DNA from: Balanoglossus misakiensis | Lineage: Eukaryota; Animalia; Hemichordata | Direction of reading: 5' to 3' | DNA length: 64,000 nt | Assembly (NCBI GenBank): GCA_040954595.2 | Contig: CM082598.2 | Coordinates: forward strand, 1 to 64,000 | Shown here: one piece after another, positions 51,048 through 64,000 of the stretch | Position numbering within the stretch: position 1 is the first letter of the stretch | Layout: every line of letters begins with the position of its first letter | Made by a program: the position numbers and the translations under genes | The notes under the pieces: model-generated | Told to the model about the DNA's origin: nothing | What the model saw: the letters and a program-made list of their open reading frames with translations, nothing else | The model's database searches: none

Positions 51048-52529
51048 TTAAGGCAGCTATAAGGTCAGCATTTGACCTCAGTCATAAAGATATACTGTCT
51101 TCAAACATGACTTGAAGAGTTTAATATCCAGTCGAAAAAGATCTTTAGTCTAGGCCAAATATTTGTAAATATTGTCTGTTTGTTGATGAATATAATTGAC
51201 AGTGTAATCCTTCCATACCAACAACAAACCTGGCTGAAACTCCCAAAACTGAAAGTGGACATGGCAGATTTGAAGGTGGGAAGCATGGACTTCATCAGAA
51301 GAAACAGTCTGCACCTGATGTGTATAGGTCACTGATGATATCATCACAACAATAAGGCAATATTGTTGAGCATCTTAATCAAACCCAGTTTAAATCATGG
51401 AAAGGTGAACTCAGTATAAAACTACATGTTAATGATGTTGCACGAGATTCCAGGCATGCATTTTTGGTTGAATGTCTTAATTTTCCTGTCTAACTGCTAC
51501 TAAAATAATACTGTTCAGAAGTAATTATTATTCTCGCGATGTTATGTCCGCTGGAAAATCACAGCCTGAAAATGTTCAACAGTCAGTCAGAAAGTTTAAT
51601 TGTCTGATTGTTGGTCACTGATTTTGTATTAGAAGTTATAATAAAAGAATTAAAAAAAAGGCAACTTGAAAGTCTATGGTTGGTAATTTTATTGGGAAAT
51701 AGCATGATAGAGTATAAGAAATGGTATTTAAGGTTTCAGTAAAAACTGCTTCAATACCAATATCCTCCCATTTGATGAGACTGGTTACATGAAAATGTAG
51801 CATACAGGCACTTTCAGAATAAACTATCTTTGATAAAAATGACAATTTTCCATTGAAAACAATATTGATATTTTAAAAATATTATGGGCAATATAATAAT
51901 GACATTAATCAAGTTCTGGAAACCACAAATTATGCGCACACATGTATACATACATGTTATAGACACACCCAGAGACAGATCAATGTGACCAAAGACAAGT
52001 CATTCAGTATTCAAGGATGCCCATGCAACTACATAAGTTTTAATTGGGGTTATGCTCAAATCACATAAAAGGACAGGTTCATGATTGTCAGTGAAAAGAA
52101 CCAAAAAGATCTACCACACCCATTCTTTTTAAGTTTACATTATTAAACTGTTCCAAAGAGGGCAGAATTTAAAATTCTTTGCTTTAAGGGCATCCAAGAC
52201 TCTCAGTGGCTACTGGCTTCAGTATACTGGTTATATTTCCAATTACCAAAATGCGCCATTATAATATGTGTAACACCATTAGTTATTTTAGAGACATACC
52301 TGGACTATCACATGATCAACTTTAGCAAATCACAGATTATATTCTAATAAGTAAAAAAGTCACTCGGAAAGACAAATAAGGATTGTCCTGTTTGTTATAG
52401 ATGAACCTTACAATAATGCCTGTCAACTTAACTATGCATTTTGATGATCGATGATATGAAAAAGAGATAAGAGATTTTTTGTTACGTGGGCTGGGTAGAC
52501 GCTATGTGAACTTTACTTCAGCAAGGGAC

Positions 52530-55500
52530 ATGGCTAACTTGGTGTTATTCATATATGCGCTGATCTGCGTTGACGCTGTTTTAGCTAATTCAGTGTATCT
52601 GTCACTGCGGGACAATTTTATGACAGAGGATTTGTCATTGGCTATTGGTAGCAACACTCTCCTGGAAGGTAAAGAATGGGCTGTCAATGATGTTCTGATG
52701 GAACTAAAAAATGAAGAAATTGAAAAGGGAAGAGAAACTAGTGTCTATCCACCTAACATGCATTTCTTCTACGCTAAACCATTTATTGATGGAAGTAGTG
52801 TTTTCGAGATTATTAAACTCATGCCAAAAGGTAAGCTTCAGGTAATTTCTTGTCTTTTGAAAGCAAATGAAGTAGGCAAACCAAATGGGCCATTTAAGTG
52901 ATTTAATGTTAGCTCTATTGTGAGGGTTCGGTTTTTTTTATCTCTGCATGATTAGATTAGTCCTGCACATACAAGCAACACAAACAGAGGCATCTGTTGG
53001 ACCATGGACCTCAGGTCACCATTTCTTACATGAATCCCTTGCCTTCCTATATACATTGTAGTTTATTTAAAGTGAAGGGGTCGTTGCGCCACATTTGTCT
53101 GTTGAAATTAGATCTTTCTTTATAGAATGAAGGAAGGAGCCAACCCTAGCGTATATATTTGGTGAAAATAATCAGTAGGAGTTTCTCCGCTTAATGGATA
53201 TACATCTGTTTGGACGCCCCAACACCCATTATTAATTTACTTTGTTTCAGGAGCAGTACTACATGTTCATGATAATGCAATAGTGGACATAAACTGGCTC
53301 ATCAAAAACGCCACCTATCGACCACACTGTTACATGTGTTTCACACATGACCGAGGGGCACTTCTTTTCAAATACAGTCAGAATCCTCTAACTGATAACA
53401 TTACCTGTGAATGGAAACTGGTAGAATCAGAGAGAGCTGCATCTGCAGATGTGGATTCATTTGATACGATGTAAGGTCATTTTGTTGTATAATTTAAGAA
53501 ATAACGATCTTAACCTGCTGCACAACCTCAAGGGTTAATATTAAAATTAAAGTCATATAATTTGTAAGTTTTATGTCTGAAATCGAAGCTTTAAACCAGA
53601 TTACATTATCTAATCTCTTTCTAACCCCTTTCTCTCTAACCCCCTCTCTCCCTCCCTCTCTCTATCACCTCTCCCTCCCTCAGACTGCATGATGCAATGT
53701 CATTGGTGGTTGATGATCCTCACAACACATATCCATCACAGCATGAGGTATGGACTTCTTTTAATGATTACTTTGCAAGTGCTGATGGGTTAGTTTTCTA
53801 CTCAGATGTCTTCCACGATTACTATCATCAAGGTTTGAAAGAATTTTATGAAGATGGTGTGCAGTATATCGAAGTTAGAGCACTTTTACAACCAGTAAGT
53901 AGTCTCATCATGATGGTGTTTTATTCATAACTGTAATGTAATGTTATTTGATTTCTGTAATAATAATTAAAAAGATATCTTGTTGCTTGTATGACTTTGG
54001 ATAAATTGAAAAGTCAACTCTGATCAAATGTGGCGCTTGTAATCAAACTTGATAACATTATATTGCTAAAGCAGACACTCTTTATTAGGACTTTTCAACT
54101 TTTGGACGATTGTGCGAAATAGGATGCTTCCAATTTCTTTCAGATCTATGAATTAGATGGCACTCAATATGATGAAGAATTCACCCTTCAACAGTATGAA
54201 AAAGCCAATATTGATTTCCTGAGCGACTACGAGGATTCGATGGGTTCAAAGATCATCTTTACTTCAATAAGGTAACCCTTGATTCTTATTGTTAGCTTTG
54301 AACTTGATAAAGTGCAATGGATTGAAGACCTGGGATAAATGAACTTGGGGAAGTAGTTCAGTTTTGTTAGATAATACCGTGACTGTTTTTCAAATGTGAA
54401 ATTTTATGCTCTCGATTTTTTTTTTTGTGGTTAAAAAAAATATTATGTGGTATGGAATCACGTAATCTTTTGTTGAAAGAAATCAGTGATGACCGAAGAT
54501 TATCTCTGGCAAGAATGCAAATTATGCAATGGTCTTTATTACTACAACTGTTAAACCATTTTTGACCGGATCACATATGGTTTCATAAGTGCCCAATCGA
54601 AGTTAACATAACAGCATTTTTCTGTTGCGATCATGGCAATGATAATGTCTGTGTGTGTAGCTCAATGCATTGTACCGGGTACAGGGATCACAAATCTCGA
54701 AAGGAAAGTATTTTACACATTACCGATTCATCGCCCGAGGGCGTACTATATAAACCACTACAAAACGCACCACAGACAAGACATGCAGACAATGATGTTT
54801 TGCTTTTTGTCTTTCCCCATATTTCAACAGGCACACACTGTTCAACTTAACTTGGCCACTTATGAATCTGTGGGATCGGATTAAAGCTGTTGATAAACAT
54901 ATTTTGTTTCCAAGTATCACATCACATATCCGTCTCTTCAGTAATTGCTAATTGATTAAGGTTTCGTTATTTTTTGTGTTTATGAGTATTTATTACTATT
55001 TTACGTTTGACAAAAAGATATTTAGAATTTAAACACTTAATGAACAGGTTACTGGATAAACCGAGCATGGAATCAGTCATAAACAAAGCAGTACAGCTCC
55101 GAAAACAATACCCTCATTTTATGATTGGATTCGACCTCGTAGCCCAGGAAGATACTGGCCAATCATTGGTGTATTATATTGATGAGCTATTGATACCATC
55201 TCAAACTGGAGAAGATCTGCCTTATTATTTTCATGCAGGGGAAACGAGTACGTATACTTTAATGTGCTTAATATTTTTGACCGGATCACATATGGTTTCA
55301 TAAGTGCCCAATCGAAGTTAACATAACAGCGTTTTTCCTTTGCGATCATGGCAATGATAATTGTCCATGTGTGTAGCATTGTAGAGGGATCACAAATCTC
55401 GAAACGAAGGTATTCTACACATTACCGATCCATTGCCTGAGGGCGTACTATATAAACCACTACAAAATGGCTTGTGTTGTGTTCAATGTGTAAATACTGC

Positions 55501-55680
55501 TCTATACTTCATCTATAGATTGGCAAGGTGTTGAAACGGATGAAAATCTGATTGACGCGCTCATGTTAAACTCTACAAGGATTGGACATGGCTATGGAGC
55601 AATTAAACACCCAGCTGTTTTGAAGAATATCAAAGACAGAAATATTCCCCTTGAAGTCAACCCCATATCATCTCAGGTAC

Positions 55681-55723
<43 letters not shown>

Positions 55724-56474
55724 TTTCTTTCTCGTTCATTTATTCATTCGTTTTTGGGGGGGTTGTTTATTTTGTTTGTTTTATAGGTACTAAAGCATTT
55801 TGATGATATTCGAAACATGCCAGCAGCAAACTGGATCGCAGAAGGATACCCAATAGTTGTTAGCCCCGATGACCCTGTGGTCTGGGGAGCTAGTCCTGTT
55901 TCGCACGATTATTATGAAGTCTTCATGGGTGTGGCCAGCGCAAAATCTGATCTGAGATTATTGAAGCAACTGACAATGGACTCAATCACGTAATGTTTTT
56001 ATTTTTCATTACTTTTCCGACAACTTTCCATGGTGATGATGGATGACATTAAGCAATCGTCCTGGCATTCGCCGTTTAACTTCCTATCACTGCACAATCC
56101 GAGAACACAATGAAAAGAGGGTTCCATTCATGAGAGCGGTGTGTAAATAATACATCATACGATTTTCTCTCTTAGTATCAACCGACTTGCATACTATATG
56201 TACTGATTTGGATTCGGTCTTTTCTTGCAGGCATAGCGCCCTCAACGTAACTGAAAGGCAAGTATGTATGGAACTATGGGAAGACAAGTGGCATATTTTT
56301 CTCGATACAGTGTTAGACATGTATAACATTACGGATTGGGAAAGCTATGTTCCAACTGCAGGACCAACTGAACCAGGGACCACACCTATTATTAACCACG
56401 CCCCAACCAATAGTGTTGATCAGTTATCAGCTTTAGTTGTCATAACAACCACAGTAAAATTACTCATTTTCTAA
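52530..56474 (+). CDS. ADA2: Adenosine deaminase 2 (CECR1/ADGF family), about 554 aa, with signal peptide and extra hydrophobic C-terminal tail
   Basis: Exons 52530-52830, 53251-53470, 53684-53894, 54144-54271, 55048-55247, 55519-55676, 55787-55989, 56231-56474 sum to 1665 nt in frame. Motifs: MPKGAVLHVH, DGVQYIEVR, GFDLVAQED, FHAGET, RIGHGY, EVNPISSQ, SPDDP. AATAAA at about 56554. Confidence 0.96.
54558..54765 (+). repeat. About 200-bp intronic repeat, copy A
   Basis: TTTTTGACCGGATCACATATGGTTTCATAAGTGCCCAATCGAAG...GAGGGCGTACTATATAAACCACTACAAAA, near-identical to 55273-55467. Confidence 0.9.
55273..55467 (+). repeat. About 200-bp intronic repeat, copy B
   Basis: Direct repeat of 54558-54765 on the other side of ADA2 exon 5. 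Confidence 0.9.
55683..55730 (+). repeat. (TTTC)n microsatellite in an ADA2 intron
   Basis: Seen directly. Confidence 0.9.
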
Positions 56475-59400
56475 ACATAGATTTAACACTGTCCCAGCCA
56501 TCATAAATTGATGCGTGTTAAACCTGATCATCCTACTAGCATGATGTATTCCCAATAAATGACATCGCTTTCATGTTTTCCACATAAATACAAGTTTCAA
56601 CGTAAAAACCTGTCAACATATTAATCTTTACATTTAGTCAGAGACGAGTAAAATACAGCTGCTATCTCAATCTGGCATTCATTATTTCACTGTTTTCACG
56701 GCGATGTAAATGGGGGACGTTGATGAACGAAGGATATAACTTTGCGATTAAGAGCTACTTTGGAAATTCCAAGTTATTTGTGAACATGAAACCTCGAGTC
56801 TTACTTCTTTCATTGTGGTGCACATATTGTTCTCACACATTTCCTTTGTTGTGCGAATGATTCAACTCGGCAAGAGGAAAAACCAAAAAAACCAGGTGAC
56901 ATCCGGGAAATCCCATTTGCTTACCCTGGATCTTATTATTGTTATTTGGCCGGTCACGTGACAAAAGCTGTAGCAATGCCCGTGAAAAGAACTGCTAAGC
57001 ATGCTGGATATGATTTCGGTACCGTGCAAGGGGAAATCCCTAAAGTTTACCTGTTCGAATAACAATGGCTCGCTCTTTGTATTCAGGGTCACACATTATT
57101 TAAATAACAAAAAGACCACATTTCATACTAACTGACAACATGTACTAAATTCCTAGCATATTGGCATGAAATCTAGCAATATTTGATTGCGATAACTAAT
57201 CACTCAACATGAAAGGGCAATGAAGTGATCAACAGAAATACTAATACACATATTTTCAATGCAATAATTTACATGCATGACTTACATTGATAGTAGGCTA
57301 CAAGATTGCAAGAGCGAGATTACTCTTAAATTCGAGAATGTAGTTTCAGTGCATGATAATGTTTTGCGAAGTAGCAACCAAGAGTACGAGATTGCGATCT
57401 TTCGGTGAGAGTAGACTTAGAGATATCTGGATTGTAACAGATTGTCAATAAACATGGTCTCTGGTGTACATACAGAATGTTATGGCATTGAATGCTGGAA
57501 TGGCATGTCTTAATTTACCATGAAGACTGAAAATGTTTGAGAAGATGCTGGGTGGTGATGACTGACGAATCGAATCGAATGGACTTGTCATAAATTTTAC
57601 TAAAACAGAAGCTTTGATGTTATCTTTTTGTCACCTCTCTTATTGTCTCTTAAAATTCGGACGTATCTTAGAATTATAGACTATTAGTTGATTTTGATTT
57701 TGAAGTGTCATATAAAGCTTATTAAATAAAAATTACAAACTCGCAAAATCATGTTTACCTTCATTTCCAGTAGACTCTCTCTCCTCCCTCCCCCTCCTCT
57801 CTCTCCCTCCCTCCTTCTCCCCCTCTCTCATACGGATAAGAGAGGGGATTTCTCTACTTTAAATCTTCTGGGAACTCCTCATTTATTCTTGGTAACCTAT
57901 TGTGGGGGGAATTGTTGTCCTAAGTGATGCCTGGTGAATTCAATGGTCACAAGGCCGATGTTTCTGCGAATGAGCTACTTGAATTCTTAAAGTGAGGCAG
58001 CATTTTGGATGTGATTTACACAACATTGTTCAGCTGTACCAAAATCCGTACACTGTGTTTAATTGTACGAAAAAACTCACTCCGTCAGGAACGACAAGAA
58101 CTACTTCAACCATTCAGCAACATCTAATAGAAAGGACCGTGTGGCCGCACGCTTTACATTGAAGAAAACAAAATTGCAGAGGTCTGAAATGCGCATGAAT
58201 TCTCCTGAATCCTCCAAAAGGTAAAAGATAATTTTCATGATATTCAAATGTTTTTTAAGATGTGGCTGAGAATAGATGATTTCTAAAAATGATTATTTTC
58301 GTTGGGTTGGCGAAGCCTTTACATAAAATTCCAGTACCATAAAATAACTGGGGTTTCCGTTGGCACGTATGATCGGACTGTGCTAAGTCAGCCAAAAGAG
58401 ATACCGAGTAGTCTGCTGTAAATCACCGAACACGAGGGTGCTTAGGAAGAAATGTAGATACATATATATATATATCTAGAATGCGTGATATCATTTGGTC
58501 ACATAGTTCATGATGATCCCTTTCAGGAGAACATATTGTCATCAGGAAAATGGAAAATCCCTCTAGGTCCCTAATGCTGCAAAAAACTCGGAACACCTTT
58601 TGAATGTAAAGTGTTTGCTTTCAAAATTATGCTCCTGCTATCCCACTTATTCGTTTGTTTTTGAAATTGAGTATAGATAATTTTTGAAATACATTAGTCA
58701 GAATTGTCATATTTTGATAAAATCTGCACTTGCATTTTGTTTCGTTTTTTTTTATTTTAGGCAAAACGCACCGAATTTAATAACCACGCAGAATTAACAT
58801 GTAAGGCTTTGAATGTGAATATGGAATAAATTCGTCTTTTTTTTTCAATAACGTACCCTGTTACTTTATATTTTCTTAAAGTGTGTTTTCTAATCATAAA
58901 CATTAGTTCTAGTAGTTTTTTTGGCAAATGAAGTACGCTTTCGTGCATTGTCAGTTAACGAGGTCATGATTATTCGGACTGTTGTAAATCTTTTGCTGCA
59001 TTGGGTGTCTGCATTGGGACTCTGACCATTGACATGTATGGGTCCGCTGGTTTCATGCGCAATAGTGACACAGGCCTGGATATCTAATTTAAATGGTGTT
59101 AACAAAGAACAAAGTCAGCTAATTCATAACTGAGACAAAATGGGGTTTGGAGGCTGACTGTTTGAGTCTACAGCTGCAGTTTGAACATTTACGGAACATA
59201 AGGTCGAAATTCTTTTCCCATAAGATTTTACTTTCGTTCTTTTCTAAATTAAAAGTAATCAATCGACCACTTAAAAATAACGATTGTTACGCATCAGTTT
59301 TACACCGCATTAATAGTGCTTTTGCAACTCTACAAAATTGTCACGGACCATAGATCTGAAATTATTTGGCGGATTATACAACTGAATGACTGATTGCAAC

Positions 59401-60459
59401 GACAGAAAACTGTAGATACTGTAAGACTGACGACCGAGTTGGCCATGGTCGACGAATCAATGCTGTTGAACATAGGACAGCGACGCCAGTCAAAATGACT
59501 GTCGGGTACCTTTAATCGATTGTTCTGTCAGTTTGAATCGCAAATCAACCGTATATCATGTATTTTATTTAACCAACCGGCGAAAATATAATCTAAACAT
59601 TTCAAATCCACTGTTTTTTGATCGATCGGATCGCAAACTTCAGCAAAATTATAACCGTTGAATTTTTTTTTCGGTTGAAATGTGAACTTTGCGCGCAAGA
59701 ATTTGAACATTATACACGATCGGGTTCCCCAACATGATCGTTTGGGATTACAACGTTGATAATTAACAAACTACAATTTTCTGAAAGGTTCTTTTTATAT
59801 GTCGTTCCAAAAGAGTCCATCAAATCCCATGAATACAGGAAATTTGTGACTTTTATATTATTGAATATTCTTGGCAAAACTCGCAGTCACGACGAAGGTT
59901 ATTTTTTGTACAGAATATTTGGTATATGTAAGTGTAAGTCGTGATCGACACTGGGAGAAGAAAAACATTATGTAGGCATGTCCCAGCTCAGCCAATGCGA
60001 GGGAAGTTGCTATGACAGCGGCGTCGTATCGTGTGGGTGGAGCTAGGGTACAAGATTGCATACCCAACTGAAATCTCAGTTTAGTGTACAGCGCTTCGAT
60101 GACTTCACACCTAACATTTGACACAAGTGGTCTCTGAATTTAGAGGGTGACTTGACGTTTCATGTGGTAAGCTTGCGCTCAATGTTTTGAAGGAAGCTAT
60201 GCAGTGTGTTGCCTAATAACACCTGCCTGAAGACAGAATAGCTGATTTTAAGTTTGTCTAAGAATGTGAAAGCTGCAACTTTTTTAGTTCATTGTTGTTG
60301 TTGATGATGATGATTATGATGAAAGGCAAGTTGCACTAACAAATTTGCAAGAAAAATAAAATGTTGTTGATTTAGTTGGCTCACATCGATATTTTATTGG
60401 CACACAGGATCTTCGGTATACACATTGATGGTTCAAAGAAGGGGATAAACTGAAAAAAG

Positions 60460-63400
60460 ATGCCGCCGTATACATCCCAGAATGAACAAGAAGTAGAGAT
60501 TTCATCCAGCAGTTATGTAGAGACGTTTAGCATATTCAACGACAATGACCCTGGCGATCAGATTCCAATTGATGACCAAGCTGAAAATTCAGAGGTAAAA
60601 GTCTGGAGATTTAGGTCTGTTTTCTTCTACCGGTAAATTATTGACATTTGCACAATAATATCAGGAAGGAGCTTTTTATCAAAATATCTTAAGTGTTTGA
60701 TTGATAATTATGTCACATTACCATAGAAACCAAACTGTATTATGGTTACGGAGGTTTGAATGGTATCATCACAACTAGCACTTTCATCCCAGCAAGGTTT
60801 CAAATAGAAATCTGACAATATTTGCTCACTAAACAGGTGCAGACTGACTGACTGACTGACTGACCGACTGACTGGCGTTACAGTGTCCACTCTACAAGTT
60901 TAACTCAATGTGTACCGAGTCATGAGTTTTAAAATGATTTGAAGTTGTGATGTGCAATATAGAACAGCCTAGTCATGAAAAACATTAAGTATCGATCTAG
61001 TAATTTGTAATCACAACTGAATTTCTTTGAAGTCTCCGTCTGGTTCTTGGAACTGCAAATGGATATTGAAAAGGGGAACCCCCTTTACAGAACTATAATA
61101 GGTATTAAGCCGTTAGGGGGATCCCCGTCTGAAACACACTTGTAAACAAATCCACTATAACCATTCTTGAAATGCTAATGCACAATGGCGATGTGACCTT
61201 GTAAAATATCTTCAGTCACTGGGGTAGGCTAATTCTATCTATTCCATGCATACAAATCTGTTGTGCATAAAAGCAAGAACATCAAGACGTACACATCATA
61301 TATTAGATTTGTTTGCCATACGTGGATTGTGTGTCACAAAGCATTTCATTGGCAACTCATCAACATTTTATAAATGAAATATTGGATAACTGACAACCAT
61401 ATCCCAAAAAACAATGGTCAAATATGACATTTACATGACTGGTTGTAAAGACAAACACACGGTACAGCACATTGCAGTATAAACAACCAATAAGGCAAAC
61501 AAACAAAGTCAAGGAAGAAAGATTATGTATATAGCTCTGTCCAAAAATAAAACCAAGATTTGATGTCAAGTATTTGGAAACCAACAAATGCAGATCATCT
61601 AAAAACAATATTATTCCATAAACATCAACAGGTGTCAATAAAACATAACAACTCATTGGTTATGGACTCATTTTCACCTCTAGGAACTCTCAACTGCATT
61701 TGACGAAAATATTATTCAAAAAGATAAAGAACTTGGGTGCAATATGGGATTGCCAAGAGGTAGGTTTCCTAGTGTTATAGATTTTCAAACTTCTACTGCA
61801 AAATGTGTTGAAATACTGTAGTCAAATTACACCTGACACGTTACAGATATTCATGTCGCTGCATTATCAAATGAAAACTATGAAATGTGAAAAGTGGAGA
61901 GAAAAAAACAGACTAACAGACATCAAGAGAAAGGCAAGAGTCAATGCCATCATTTTGTGGTCATGAAGAATTTATCCTTGCTATTTCAGATTGTCGTGAA
62001 ATGAACATCATACAGGTCGGACAGTTCTTGAACTTGTCCAAAGACGTACTCGGCCTTCATAATAACTTTGCAATGAAAGCAGTACAACAGGAAATTGATG
62101 GTGCCACATTATGCTCCCTGTCCAAACAGCAAATTGCTGACATCTTTGGCAACCATCCTGATGTTGATATCGTCCATCAATATTTGATATCATGGCAAAA
62201 AGGTAAACCTGGGACTTCAATTCATTTACATCATGTCAGACACGACGATGCGATGGGCAAAGTTTGTAAATTGGTCATAAGACATATGTCATGGTGACTT
62301 GGTTAACCCTTACACCCTGAGCTCCCTCTTTAGAGGTCCAACCAAAATAATGAGTTTTGACTGGTTAAATTTGTTGATGTTACAAAAAGGACATATTTCT
62401 CCAAATGAGATCTTTGACAAATGTACATTAACTTAATCAAACTGAAATTAGACTCATTCTGGTTTCTGAATCAGCTCAAATCAACAATGACTAGTTGTGA
62501 AAGTACAGACATCTATTATCATTTCTTTTCCAGAATTTTCTTTAAAAACAGATTTTTGTTTTTGCTCCTCTAGAATTTTCTTGCATGAAGACATATTCTG
62601 ATTTGAAAACAGTTAACCCCTTCAGCAACATGGCGTCACCAATGGAGGCAGACGAAATCAACGCAAATACTTTCCAGCCGACAAAGTCACCGTGTGACAA
62701 TGCAGAGCATCCACATCTGTACAAATCATCATCATCATTTGCCAACAACTTAACTTCTGACATTTTAACTCTGGGATCACAAAACCTCTACACAGACATT
62801 TCTCCATCATGTACAGCGACCAAACCGCAAAGCACAAATGTTTCACATTCGTCCACTGAATCAAACAACTCTACCTTTGGGAGTTTTGATCACATGCCTA
62901 CAGAACAGAGAACATGTTATGACCCCTTTCTACTATCATCAGAGGAGTCGCATTCTAATCTTACCAAACACCAGAAGTCATCTGTAAAACAAAACCTTGT
63001 GTCAGCAACTGAATCAAGTACCGACTTTTCAGATTCTAATCAGTCGCTTGAGGAGTTGAAAAATCAACAAGTCATCCTGCATCAACCTCCAAGAGAATCG
63101 TGTTGGCTCAACAACAATAACGAGTCATTTGCCCACCAGGATGACTCAAGTCAATCACTCGATCTTCAAAACCAGCAAGACAAAGATGAGTTAGTTACAC
63201 AAAGAAACAACCATAGCGATTTCTATTCAAGCTCTGATGAATCAATTACAGAGGTCAGTTTCTCTCTTGTTTACATAGTATCCAACAGCAGAAAAAAGTT
63301 TTACCCTAGATTCTTTTTAAATGTCAACAATAAACAACTTGCAAGTAAAAGTTTTCCATCATTTCAGAAATTTCACTGCTTTAAATCTTTCTATTCTTAG

Positions 63401-63656
63401 AGCATGGATTAAAGCTTTGGTATAGTTGCTTTGTAAAGTTTATTTTTGTCATCTTGGTAAATAAATAAGTAACCACTTATGGAGTTTTCATGACTGAAGT
63501 GTTGAGAATAACTGCCCTTTATTTCTGTTTAGAATATCACAGCTGTAACTGTCAGACAACTAGAGGAGATTTGTCAGAAACAGACTTCACTAGTGTCCAG
63601 TTCACCTACCATCAAGAAAAAGCGGGGAAGACCAAAGAAAGAACGACCCAATGGAG
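60460..63656 (+). CDS. 5' part of a PNT/SAM + AT-hook protein, probably an ESE-subfamily (ELF3/EHF/ELF5-like) ETS transcription factor; continues past the window
   Basis: Phase-consistent exons 60460-60594, 61684-61759, 61990-62202 (QVGQFL...QEIDGATLCSLSKQQIADIFG, PNT/SAM-like), 62574-63253 (S/Q-rich) and 63533-63656 (KKKRGRPKK AT-hook). No stop codon is reached. The ETS domain is not in the window, so the family call is an inference from domain order. Confidence 0.7.
60841..60872 (+). repeat. (GACT)n microsatellite
   Basis: Seen directly. Confidence 0.9.
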
Positions 63657-64000
63657 GTAAAAAAACAATCAATTGATTACACGGAAGAAATGCAATTTAT
63701 GAAAAAATAGGCAACAAGTTTTAAAAGTTTTATCAGGGAGTTTTGACCCTCTTAAATCTGTACTTTTTTTTTTAGTTCTGTGAAAAAAAAAATGGAGAGA
63801 CCAAAAAACATATGTCCACAAGAATTTGTTTTGGGTTTTCATTGATAGATTGATTAGTTAACGGGACAAAGTTTCTCTTTTTCATGTCAAAATCCATTAA
63901 ATAGGTATTCCAAATCAATAAATAACTCATATGATGACCACACATGGCTTGAAGAATACCTTGAACTATGATTTTGCCCTACACTAAGACCGAGTTTATG

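Noticed and set aside
57927-58220. Exon-like segment ending AAAG|GTAAAA
   Set aside because: It has in-frame stops and no recognisable domain; it may be untranslated or decayed, but that cannot be supported.

Overview
This is eukaryotic (animal) genomic DNA with GT-AG introns, probably from a marine invertebrate bilaterian (inference). Positions 1-21547 are three abutting GC-rich tandem arrays with units of 52 bp, about 46 bp and 21 bp. The 52- and 46-bp units are homologous and each carries an ETS-type (C/A)GGAAGT site. Positions 21548-30830 hold a duplicated AT-rich composite repeat with (ACAT)n/(TATG)n inverted arms, a 283/114-bp higher-order satellite, a short TTAGGG-like tract and LINE remnants. 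The rest contains four spliced + strand genes, reconstructed by eye: an EPS8-family gene with two SH3 domains and no visible PTB domain, a three-domain C-type lectin, ADA2 with a putative GPI-anchor tail, and the 5' part of a PNT/SAM + AT-hook gene resembling ESE/ELF3 ETS factors. Several MITEs lie between the genes. The very long ORFs in the track over 1-21.6 kb are repeat artefacts. No database searches were run.
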